This document shows, one piece after another, positions 13,501-26,700 of a stretch of DNA of 64,000 bases. A program made the translations under genes and the position numbers. Position 1 is the first letter of the stretch. Each line of letters opens with the position of its first letter. This DNA is from Auanema rhodensis. Taxonomy: Eukaryota > Animalia > Nematoda. Below the pieces are notes generated by a model. It searched no databases, had not been told where the DNA came from, and was given only the letters and a program-made list of their open reading frames with translations. The DNA is taken from the NCBI GenBank assembly GCA_964057225.1, contig OZ059896.1, positions 23,436,001-23,500,000 of the forward strand, written 5' to 3'.

Positions 13501-15650
13501 AGATTCCCCATGTCCATATTAGTCTAAAAACAAATTTTTATTGATATTGGTTCATGGTAACCATGACTTTGAAATTTACGTGAACTTTAATTTATGCTAA
13601 TTAAATGTACACGTGATGTGCACTTGGTATGTAACTCGCTTCACGTGAAAGATAAAGAGATGCGGATTTCAAAATTAAATTCCCCATGTCCATATTAGTC
13701 TAAAAACAAATTTTAATTGATATTGGTTCATGGTAACCATGACTTTGAAATTTACGTGAACTTTAATTTATGCTAATTAAATGTACACGTGATGTGCACT
13801 TGGTATGTAACTCGCTTCACGTGAAAGATAAAGAGATGCGGTTTTCAAAATTAGATTCCCCATGTCCATATTAGTCTAAAAACAAATTTTTATTGATATT
13901 GGTTCATGGTAACCATGACTTTGAAATTTACGTGAACTTTAATTTATGCTAATTAAATGTACACGTGATGTGCACTTGGTATGTAACTCGCTTCACGTGA
14001 AAGATAAAGAGATGCGGTTTTCAAAATTAGATTTCCCATTTCCATATTAGTCTAAAAACAAATTTTTATTGATATTGGTTCATGGTAACCATGATTTTGA
14101 AATTTACGTGAACTTTAATTTATGCTAATTAAATGTACACGTGATGTGCACTTGGTATGTAACTCGCTTCACGTGAAAGATAAAGAAATGCGGTTTTCAA
14201 AATTAGATTCCCCATGTCCATATTAGTCTAAAAACAAATTTTTATTGATATTGGTTCATGGTAACCATGACTTTGAAATTTACGTGAACTTTAATTTATG
14301 CTAATTAAATGTACACGTGATGTGCACTTGGTATGTAACTCGCTTCACGTGAAAGATAAAGAGATGCGGTTTTCAAAATTAGATTCCCCATGTCCATATT
14401 AGTCTAAAAACAAATTTTTATTAATATTGGTTCATGGTAACCATGACTTTGAAATTTACGTGAACTTTAATTTATGCTAATTAAATGTACACGTGATGTG
14501 CACTTGGTATGTAACTCGCTTCACGTGAAAGATAAAGAGATGCGGTTTTCAAAATTAGATTTCCCATGTCCATATTAGTCCTAAAAACAAATTTTTTTTG
14601 ATATTGGTTCATGGTAACCATGACTTTGAAATTTACGTGAACTTTAATTTATGCTAATTAAATGTACACGTGATGTGCACTTGGTATGTAACTCGCTTCA
14701 CGTGAAAGATAAAGAGATGCGGTTTTCAAAATTAGATTTCCCATTTCCATATTAGTCTAAAAACAAATTTTTATTGATATTGGTTCATGGTAACCATGAT
14801 TTTGAAATTTACGTGAACTTTAATTTATGCTAATTAAATGTACACGTGATGTGCACTTGGTATGTAACTCGCTTCACGTGAAAGATAAAGAAATGCGGTT
14901 TTCAAAATTAGATTCCCCATGTCCATATTAGTCTAAAAACAAATTTTTATTGATATTGGTTCATGGTAACCATGACTTTGAAATTTACGTGAACTTTAAT
15001 TTATGCTAATTAAATGTACACGTGATGTGCACTTGGTATGTAACTCGCTTCACGTGAAAGATAAAGAGATGCGGTTTTCAAAATTAGATTCCCCATGTCC
15101 ATATTAGTCTAAAAACAAATTTTTATTGATATTGGTTCATGGTAACCATGACTTTGAAATTTACGTGAACTTTAATTTATGCTAATTAAATGTACACGTG
15201 ATGTGCACTTGGTATGTAACTCGCTTCACGTGAAAGATAAAGAGATGCGGTTTTCAAAATTAAATTCCCCATGTCCATATTAGTCTAAAAACAAATTTTA
15301 ATTGATATTGGTTCATGGTAACCATGACTTTGAAATTTACGTGAACTTTAATTTATGCTAATTAAATGTACACGTGATGTGCACTTGGTATGTAACTCGC
15401 TTCACGTGAAAGATAAAGAGATGCGGTTTTCAAAATTAGATTCCCCATGTCCATATTAGTCTAAAAACAAATTTTTATTGATATTGGTTCATGGTAACCA
15501 TGACTTTGAAATTTACGTGAACTTTAATTTATGCTAATTAAATGTACACGTGATGTGCACTTGGTATGTAACTCGCTTCACGTGAAAGATAAAGAGATGC
15601 GGTTTTCAAAATTAGATTCCCCATGTCCATATTAGTCTAAAAACAAATTT
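10551..15650. repeat. G167/A14-rich island marked by C130T, G136T, C15T and G107A; contains an 8-monomer and a 9-monomer duplication
   Basis: T166C at 11078/12486, C33T at 11121/12529 and G44T at 11308/12716 (offset 1408). G126A+T163A monomer at 13678 and 15263 (9 monomers plus the 1-bp insertion). Confidence 0.8.
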
Positions 15651-18600
15651 TTATTAATATTGGTTCATGGTAACCATGTCTTTGAAATTTACGTGAACTT
15701 TAATTTATGCTAATTAAATGTACACGTGATGTGCACTTGGTATGTAACTCGCTTCACGTGAAAGATAAAGAGATGCGGTTTTCAAAATTAGATTCCCCAT
15801 GTCCATATTAGTCTAAAAACAAATTTTTATTGATATTGGTTCATGGTAACCATGACTTTGAAATTTACGTGAACTTTAATTTATGCTAATTAAATGTACA
15901 CGTGATGTGCACTTGGTATGTAACTCGCTTCACGTGAAAGATAAAGAGATGCGGTTTTCAAAATTAGATTCCCCATGTCCATATTAGTCTAAAAACAAAT
16001 TTTTATTAATATTGGTTCATGGTAACCATGTCTTTGAAATTTACGTGAACTTTAATTTATGCTAATTAAATGTACACGTGATGTGCACTTGGTATGTAAC
16101 TCGCTTCACGTGAAAGATAAAGAGATGCGGTTTTCAAAATTAGATTCCCCATGTCCATATTAGTCTAAAAACAAATTTTTATTAATATTGGTTCATGGTA
16201 ACCATGTCTTTGAAATTTACGTGAACTTTAATTTATGCTAATTAAATGTACACGTGATGTGCACTTGGTATGTAACTCGCTTCACGTGAAAGATAAAGCG
16301 ATGCGGTTTTCAAAATTAGATTCCCCATGTCCATATTAGTCTAAAAACAAATTTTTATTAATATTGGTTCATGGTAACCATGTCTTTGAAATTTACGTGA
16401 ACTTTAATTTATGCTAATTAAATGTACACGTGATGTGCACTTGGTATGTAACTCGCTTCACGTGAAAGATAAAGAGATGCGGTTTTTAAAATAAGATTCC
16501 CCATGTCCATATTAGTCTAAAAACAAATTTTTATTAATATTGGTTCATGGTAACCATGTCTTTGAAATTTACGTGAACTTTAATTTATGCTAATTAAATG
16601 TACACGTGGTGTGCACTTGGTATGTAACTCGCTTCACGTGAAAGATAAAGAGATGCGGTTTTCAAAATTAGATTCCCCATGTCCATATTAGTCTAAAAAC
16701 AAATTTTTATTAATATTGGTTCATGGTAACCATGTCTTTGAAATTTACGTGAACTTTAATTTATGCTAATTAAATGTACACGTGATGTGCACTTGGTATG
16801 TAACTCGCTTCACGTGAAAGATAAAGAGATGCGGTTTTCAAAATTAGATTCCCCATGTCCATATTAGTCTAAAAACAAATTTTTATTAATATTGGTTCAT
16901 GGTAACCATGTCTTTGAAATTTACGTGAACTTTAATTTATGCTAATTAAATGTACACGTGATGTGCACTTGGTATGTAACTCGCTTCACGTGAAAGATAA
17001 AGAGATGCGGTTTTCAAAATTAGATTCCCCATGTCCATATTAGTCTAAAAACAAATTTTTATTAATATTGGTTCATGGTAACCATGTCTTTGAAATTTAC
17101 GTGAACTTTAATTTATGCTAATTAAATGTACACGTGATGTGCACTTGGTATGTAACTCGCTTCACGTGAAAGATAAAGAGATGCGGTTTTCAAAATTAGA
17201 TTCCCCATGTCCATATTAGTCTAAAAACAAATTTTTATTAATATTGGTTCATGCTAACCATGTCTTTGAAATTTACGTGAACTTTAATTTATGCTAATTA
17301 AATGTACACGTGATGTGCACTTGGTATGTAACTCGCTTCACGTGAAAGATAAAGCGATGCGGTTTTCAAAATTAGATTCCCCATGTCCATATTAGTCTAA
17401 AAACAAATTTTTATTAATATTGGTTCATGGTAACCATGTCTTTGAAATTTACGTGAACTTTAATTTATGCTAATTAAATGAACACGTGATGTGCACTTGG
17501 TATGTAACTCGCTTCACGTGAAAGATAAAGAGATGCGGTTTTCAAAATTAGATTCCCCATGTCCATATTAGTCTAAAAACAAATTTTTATTAATATTGGT
17601 TCATGGTAACCATGTCTTTGAAATTTACGTGAACTTTAATTTATGCTAATTAAATGTACACGTGATGTGCACTTGGTATGTAACTCGCTTCACGTGAAAG
17701 ATAAAGAGATGCGGTTTTCAAAATTAGATTCCCCATGTCCATATTAGTCTAAAAACAAATTTTTATTAATATTGGTTCATGGTAACCATGTCTTTGAAAT
17801 TTACGTGAACTTTAATTTATGCTAATTAAATGTACACGTGATGTGCACTTGGTATGTAACTCGCTTCACGTGAAAGATAAAGAGATGCGGTTTTCAAAAT
17901 TAGATTCCCCATGTCCATATTAGTCTAAAAACAAATTTTTATTAATATTGGTTCATGGTAACCATGTCTTTGAAATTTACGTGAACTTTAATTTATGCTA
18001 ATTAAATGTACACGTGATGTGCACTTGGTATGTAACTCGCTTCACGTGAAAGATAAAGAGATGCGGTTTTCAAAATTAGATTCCCCATGTCCATATTAGT
18101 CTAAAAACAAATTTTTATTAATATTGGTTCATGGTAACCATGTCTTTGAAATTTACGTGAACTTTAATTTATGCTAATTAAATGTACACGTGATGTGCAC
18201 TTGGTATGTAACTCGCTTCACGTGAAAGATAAAGAGATGCGGTTTTCAAAATTAGATTCCCCATGTCCATATTAGTCTAAAAACAAATTTTTATTAATAT
18301 TGGTTCATGGTAACCATGTCTTTGAAATTTACGTGAACTTTAATTTATGCTAATTAAATGTACACGTGATGTGCACTTGGTATGTAACTCGCTTCACGTG
18401 AAAGATAAAGAGATGCGGTTTTCAAAATTAGATTCCCCATGTCCATATTAGTCTAAAAACAAATTTTTATTAATATTGGTTCATGGTAACCATGTCTTTG
18501 AAATTTACGTGAACTTTAATTTATGCTAATTAAATGTACACGTGATGTGCACTTGGTATGTAACTCGCTTCACGTGAAAGATAAAGAGATGCGGTTTTCA

Positions 18601-21600
18601 AAATTAGATTCCCCATGTCCATATTAGTCTAAAAACAAATTTTTATTAATATTGGTTCATGGTAACCATGTCTTTGAAATTTACGTGAACTTTAATTTAT
18701 GCTAATTAAATGTACACGTGATGTGCACTTGGTATGTAACTCGCTTCACGTGAAAGATAAAGAGATGCGGTTTTCAAAATTAGATTCCCCATGTCCATAT
18801 TAGTCTAAAAACAAATTTTTATTAATATTGGTTCATGGTAACCATGTCTTTGAAATTTACGTGAACTTTAATTTATGCTAATTAAATGTACACGTGATGT
18901 GCACTTGGTATGTAACTCGCTTCACGTGAAAGATAAAGAGATGCGGTTTTCAAAATTAGATTCCCCATGTCCATATTAGTCTAAAAACAAATTTTTATTA
19001 ATATTGGTTCATGGTAACCATGTCTTTGAAATTTACGTGAACTTTAATTTATGCTAATTAAATGTACACGTGATGTGCACTTGGTATGTAACTCGCTTCA
19101 CGTGAAAGATAAAGAGATGCGGTTTTCAAAATTAGATTCCCCATGTCCATATTAGTCTAAAAACAAATTTTTATTAATATTGGTTCATGGTAACCATGTC
19201 TTTGAAATTTACGTGAACTTTAATTTATGCTAATTAAATGTACACGTGATGTGCACTTGGTATGTAACTCGCTTCACGTGAAAGATAAAGAGATGCGGTT
19301 TTCAAAATTAGATTCCCCATGTCCATATTAGTCTAAAAACAAATTTTTATTAATATTGGTTCATGGTAACCATGTCTTTGAAATTTACGTGAACTTTAAT
19401 TTATGCTAATTAAATGTACACGTGATGTGCACTTGGTATGTAACTCGCTTCACGTGAAAGATAAAGAGATGCGGTTTTCAAAATTAGATTCCCCATGTCC
19501 ATATTAGTCTAAAAACAAATTTTTATTAATATTGGTTCATGGTAACCATGTCTTTGAAATTTACGTGAACTTTAATTTATGCTAATTAAATGTACACGTG
19601 ATGTGCACTTGGTATGTAACTCGCTTCACGTGAAAGATAAAGAGATGCGGTTTTCAAAATTAGATTCCCCATGTCCATATTAGTCTAAAAACAAATTTTT
19701 ATTAATATTGGTTCATGGTAACCATGTCTTTGAAATTTACGTGAACTTTAATTTATGCTAATTAAATGTACACGTGATGTGCACTTGGTATGTAACTCGC
19801 TTCACGTGAAAGATAAAGAGATGCGGTTTTCAAAATTAGATTCCCCATGTCCATATTAGTCTAAAAACAAATTTTTATTAATATTGGTTCATGGTAACCA
19901 TGTCTTTGAAATTTACGTGAACTTTAATTTATGCTAATTAAATGTACACGTGATGTGCACTTGGTATGTAACTCGCTTCACGTGAAAGATAAAAAGATGC
20001 GGTTTTCAAAATTAGATTCCCCATGTCCATATTAGTCTAAAAACAAATTTTTATTAATATTGGTTCATGGTAACCATGTCTTTGAAATTTACGTGAACTT
20101 TAATTTATGCTAATTAAATGTACACGTGATGTGCACTTGGTATGTAACTCGCTTCACGTGAAAGATAAAGAGATGCGGTTTTCAAAATTAGATTCCCCAT
20201 GTCCATATTAGTCTAAAAACAAATTTTTATTAATATTGGTTCATGGTAACCATGTCTTTGAAATTTACGTGAACTTTAATTTATGCTAATTAAATGTACA
20301 CGTGATGTGCACTTGGTATGTAACTCGCTTCACGTGAAAGATAAAGAGATGCGGTTTTCAAAATTAGATTCCCCATGTCCATATTAGTATAAAAATAAAT
20401 TTTTATTGATATTGGTTCATGGTAACCATGACTTTGAAATTTACGTGAACTTTAATTTATGCTAATTAAATGTACACGTGATGTGCACTTGGTATGTAAC
20501 TCGCTTCACGTGAAAGATAAAGAGATGCGGTTTTCAAAATTAGATTCCCCATGTCCATATTAGTCTAAAAACAAATTTTTATTAATATTGGTTCATGGTA
20601 ACCATGTCTTTGAAATTTACGTGAACTTTAATTTATGCTAATTAAATGTACACGTGATGTGCACTTGGTATGTAACTCGCTTCACGTAAAAGATAAAGAG
20701 ATGCGGTTTTCAAAATTAGATTCCCCATGTCCATATTAGTCTAAAAACAAATTTTTATTGATATTGGTTCATGGTAACCATGATTTTGAAATTTACGTGA
20801 ACTTTAATTTATGCTAATTAAATGTACACGTGATGTGCACTTGGTATGTAACTCGCTTCACGTGAAAGATAAAGAGATGCGGTTTTCAAAATTAGATTCC
20901 CCATGTCCATATTAGTCTAAAAACAAATTTTTATTGATATTGGTTCATGGTAACCATGACTTTGATATTTACGTGAACTTTAATTTATGCTAATTAAATG
21001 TACACGTGATGTGCACTTGGTATGTAACTCGCTTCACGTGAAAGATAAAGAGATGCGGTTTTCAAAATTAGATTCCCCATGTCCATATTAGTCTAAAAAC
21101 AAATTTTTATTAATATTGGTTCATGGTAACCATGTCTTTGAAATTTACGTGAACTTTAATTTATGCTAATTAAATGTACACGTGATGTGCACTTGGTATG
21201 TAACTCGCTTCACGTGAAAGATAAAGAGATGCGGTTTTCAAAATTAGATTCCCCATGTCCATATTAGTCTAAAAACAAATTTTTATTAATATTGGTTCAT
21301 GCTAACCATGTCTTTGAAATTTACGTGAACTTTAATTTATGCTAATTAAATGTACACGTGATGTGCACTTGGTATGTAACTCGCTTCACGTGAAAGATAA
21401 AGCGATGCGGTTTTCAAAATTAGATTCCCCATGTCCATATTAGTCTAAAAACAAATTTTTATTAATATTGGTTCATGGTAACCATGTCTTTGAAATTTAC
21501 GTGAACTTTAATTTATGCTAATTAAATGTACACGTGATGTGCACTTGGTATGTAACTCGCTTCACGTGAAAGATAAAGAGATGCGGTTTTCAAAAATAGA

Positions 21601-23730
21601 TTCCCCATGTCCATATTAGTCTAAAAACAAATTTTTATTAATATTGGTTCATGCTAACCATGTCTTTGAAATTTACGTGAACTTTAATTTATGCTAATTA
21701 AATGTACACGTGATGTGCACTTGGTATGTAACTCGCTTCACGTGAAAGATAAAGCGATGCGGTTTTCAAAATTAGATTCCCCATGTCCATATTAGTCTAA
21801 AAACAAATTTTTATTAATATTGGTTCATGGTAACCATGTCTTTGAAATTTACGTGAACTTTAATTTATGCTAATTAAATGTACACGTGATGTGCACTTGG
21901 TATGTAACTCGCTTCACGTGAAAGATAAAGAGATGGGGTTTTCAAAATTAGATTCCCCATGTCCATATTAGTCTAAAAACAAATTTTTATTAATATTGGT
22001 TCATGGTAACCATGTCTTTGAAATTTACGTGAACTTTAATTTATGCTAATTAAATGTACACGTGATGTGCACTTGGTATGTAACTCGCTTCACGTGAAAG
22101 ATAAAGAGATGCGGTTTTCAAAATTAGATTCCCCATGTCCATATTAGTCTAAAAACAAATTTTTATTAATATTGGTTCATGGTAAACATGTCTTTGAAAT
22201 TTACGTGAACTTTAATTTATGCTAATTAAATGTACACGTGATGTGCACTTGGTATGTAACTCGCTTCACGTGAAAGATAAAGAGATGCGGTTTTCAAAAT
22301 TAGATTCCCCATGTCCATATTAGTCTAAAAACAAATTTTTATTAATATTGGTTCATGGTAACCATGTCTTTGAAATTTACGTGAACTTTAATTTATGCTA
22401 ATTAAATGTACACGTGATGTGCACTTGGTATGTAACTCGCTTCACGTGAAAGATAAAGAGATGCGGTTTTCAAAATTAGATTCCCCATGTCCATATTAGT
22501 CTAAAAACAAATTTTTATTAATATTGGTTCATGGTAACCATGTCTTTGAAATTTACGTGAACTTTAATTTATGCTAATTAAATGTACACGTGATGTGCAC
22601 TTGGTATGTAACTCGCTTCACGTGAAAGATAAAGAGATGCGGTTTTCAAAATTAGATTCCCCATGTCCATATTAGTCTAAAAACAAATTTTTATTAATAT
22701 TGGTTCATGGTAACCATGTCTTTGAAATTTACGTGAACTTTAATTTATGCTAATTAAATGTACACGTGATGTGCACTTGGTATGTAACTCGCTTCACGTG
22801 AAAGATAAAGATATGCGGTTTTCAAAATTAGATTCCCCTTGTCCATATTAGTCTAAAAACAAATTTTTATTAATATTGGTTCATGGTAACCATGTCTTTG
22901 AAATTTACGTGAACTTTAATTTATGCTAATTAAATGTACACGTGATGTGCACTTGGTATGTAACTCGCTTCACGTGAAAGATAAAGAGATGCGGTTTTCA
23001 AAATTAGATTCCCCATGTCCATATTAGTCTAAAAACAAATTTTTATTAATATTGGTTCATGGTAACCATGTCTTTGAAATTTACGTGAACTTTAATTTAT
23101 GCTAATTAAATGTACACGTGATGTGCACTTGGTATGTAACTCGCTTCACGTGAAAGATAAAGATATGCGGTTTTCAAAATTAGATTCCCCTTGTCCATAT
23201 TAGTCTAAAAACAAATTTTTATTAATATTGGTTCATGGTAACCATGTCTTTGAAATTTACGTGAACTTTAATTTATGCTAATTAAATGTACACGTGATGT
23301 GCACTTGGTATGTAACTCGCTTCACGTGAAAGATAAAGAGATGCGGTTTTCAAAATTAGATTCCCCATGTCCATATTAGTCTAAAAACAAATTTTTATTA
23401 ATATTGGTTCATGGTAACCATGTCTTTGAAATTTACGTGAACTTTAATTTATGCTAATTAAATGTACACGTGATGTGCACTTGGTATGTAACTCGCTTCA
23501 CGTGAAAGATAAAGAGATGCGGTTTTCAAAATTAGATTCCCCATGTCCATATTAGTCTAAAAACAAATTTTTATTAATATTGGTTCATGGTAACCATGTC
23601 TTTGAAATTTACGTGAACTTTAATTTATGCTAATTAAATGTACACGTGATGTGCACTTGGTATGTAACTCGCTTCACGTGAAAGATAAAGAGATGCGGTT
23701 TTCAAAATTAGATTCCCCATGTCCATATTA
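15651..23730. repeat. Second A167/T14 domain, including a run of ~13 identical monomers (17602-19889)
   Basis: No variant seen between T56A at 17481 and G105A at 19994. A short G167/A14 cassette lies at ~20.4-21.0 kb. Confidence 0.8.
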
Positions 23731-26700
23731 GTATAAAAATAAATTTTTATTGATATTGGTTCATGGTAACCATGACTTTGAAGTTTACGTGAACTTTAAT
23801 TTATGCTAATTAAATGTACACGTGATGTGCACTTGGTATGTAACTCGCTTCACGTGAAAGATAAAGAGATGCGGTTTTCAAAATTAGATTCCCCATGTCC
23901 ATATTAGTCTAAAAACAAATTTTTATTAATATTGGTTCATGGTAACCATGTCTTTGAAATTTACGTGAACTTTAATTTATGCTAATTAAATGTACACGTG
24001 ATGTGCACTTGGTATGTAACTCGCTTCACGTAAAAGATAAAGAGATGCGGTTTTCAAAATTAGATTCCCCATGTCCATATTAGTCTAAAAACAAATTTTT
24101 ATTGATATTGGTTCATGGTAACCATGATTTTGAAATTTACGTGAACTTTAATTTATGCTAATTAAATGTACACGTGATGTGCACTTGGTATGTAACTCGC
24201 TTCACGTGAAAGATAAAGAAATGCGGTTTTCAAAATTAGATTCCCCATGTCCATTTTAGTCTAAAAACAAATTTTTATTGATATTGGTTCATGGTAACCA
24301 TGACTTTGAAATTTACGTGAACTTTAATTTATGCTAATTAAATGTACACGTGATGTGCACTTGGTATGTAACTCGCTTCACGTGAAAGATAAAGAGATGC
24401 GGTTTTCAAAATTAGATTCCCCATGTCCATATTAGTCTAAAAACAAATTTTTATTGATATTGGTTCATGGCAACCATGACTTTGATATTTACGTGAACTT
24501 TAATTTATGCTAATTAAATGTACACGTGATGTGCACTTGGTATGTAACTCGCTTCACGTGAAAGATAAAGAGATGCGGTTTTCAAAATTAGATTCCCCAT
24601 GTCCATATTAGTCTAAAAACAAATTTTTGTTGATATTGGTGCATGGTAACCATGACTTTGAAATTTACGTGAACTTTAATTTATGCTAATTAAATGTACA
24701 CGTGATGTGCACTTGGTATGTAACTCGCTTCACGTAAAAGATAAAGAGATGCGGTTTTCAAAATTAGATTCCCCATGTCCATATTAGTCTAAAAACAAAT
24801 TTTTATTGATATTGGTGCATGGTAACCATGACTTTGAAATTTACGTGAACTTTAATTTATGCTAATTAAATGTACACGTGATGTGCACTTGGTATGTAAC
24901 TCGCTTCACGTAAAAGATAAAGAGATGCGGTTTTCAAAATTAGATTCCCCATGTCCATATTAGTCTAAAAACAAATTTTTATTGATATTGGTTCATGGTA
25001 ACCATGACTTTGATATTTACGTGAACTTTAATTTATGCTAATTAAATGTACACTTGATGTACACTTGGTATGTAACTCGCTTCACGTGAAAGATAAAGAG
25101 ATGCGGTTTTCAAAATTAGATTCCCCATGTCCATATTAGTCTAAAAACAAATTTTTATTAATATTGGTTCATGGTAACCATGTCTTTGAAATTTACGTGA
25201 ACTTTAATTTATGCTAATTAAATGTACACGTGATGTGCACTTGGTATGTAACTCGCTTCACGTGAAAGATAAAGAGATGCGGTTTTCAAAATTAGATTCC
25301 CCATGTCCATATTAGTATAAAAATAAATTTTTATTGATATTGGTTCATGGTAACCATGACTTTGAAATTTACGTGAACTTTAATTTATGCTAATTAAATG
25401 TACACGTGATGTGCACTTGGTATGTAACTCGCTTCACGTGAAAGATAAAGAGATGCGGTTTTCAAAATTAGATTCCCCATGTCCATATTAGTCTAAAAAC
25501 AAATTTTTATTAATATTGGTTCATGGTAACCATGTCTTTGAAATTTACGTGAACTTTAATTTATGCTAATTAAATGTACACGTGATGTGCACTTGGTATG
25601 TAACTCGCTTCACGTAAAAGATAAAGAGATGCGGTTTTCAAAATTAGATTCCCCATGTCCATATTAGTCTAAAAACAAATTTTTATTGATATTGGTTCAT
25701 GGTAACCATGACTTTGATATTTACGTGAACTTTAATTTATGCTAATTAAATGTACACTTGATGTACACTTGGTATGTAACTCGCTTCACGTGAAAGATAA
25801 AGAGATGCGGTTTTCAAAATTAGATTCCCCATGTCCATATTAGTCTAAAAACAAATTTTTATTAATATTGGTTCATGGTAACCATGTCTTTGAAATTTAC
25901 GTGAACTTTAATTTATGCTAATTAAATGTACACGTGATGTGCACTTGGTATGTAACTCGCTTCACGTGAAAGATAAAGAGATGCGGTTTTCAAAATTAGA
26001 TTCCCCATGTCCATATTAGTATAAAAATAAATTTTTATTGATATTGGTTCATGGTAACCATGACTTTGAAATTTACGTGAACTTTAATTTATGCTAATTA
26101 AATGTACACGTGATGTGCACTTGGTATGTAACTCGCTTCACGTGAAAGATAAAGAGATGCGGTTTTCAAAATTAGATTCCCCATGTCCATATTAGTCTAA
26201 AAACAAATTTTTATTAATATTGGTTCATGGTAACCATGTCTTTGAAATTTACGTGAACTTTAATTTATGCTAATTAAATGTACACGTGATGTGCACTTGG
26301 TATGTAACTCGCTTCACGTAAAAGATAAAGAGATGCGGTTTTCAAAATTAGATTCCCCATGTCCATATTAGTCTAAAAACAAATTTTTATTGATATTGGT
26401 TCATGGTAACCATGATTTTGAAATTTACGTGAACTTTAATTTATGCTAATTAAATGTACACGTGATGTGCACTTGGTATGTAACTCGCTTCACGTGAAAG
26501 ATAAAGAAATGCGGTTTTCAAAATTAGATTCCCCATGTCCATTTTAGTCTAAAGACAAATTTTTATTGATATTGGTTCATGGTAACCATGACTTTGAAAT
26601 TTACGTGAACTTTAATTTATGCTAATTAAATGTACACGTGATGTGCACTTGGTATGTAACTCGCTTCACGTGAAAGATAAAGAGATGCGGTTTTCAAAAT

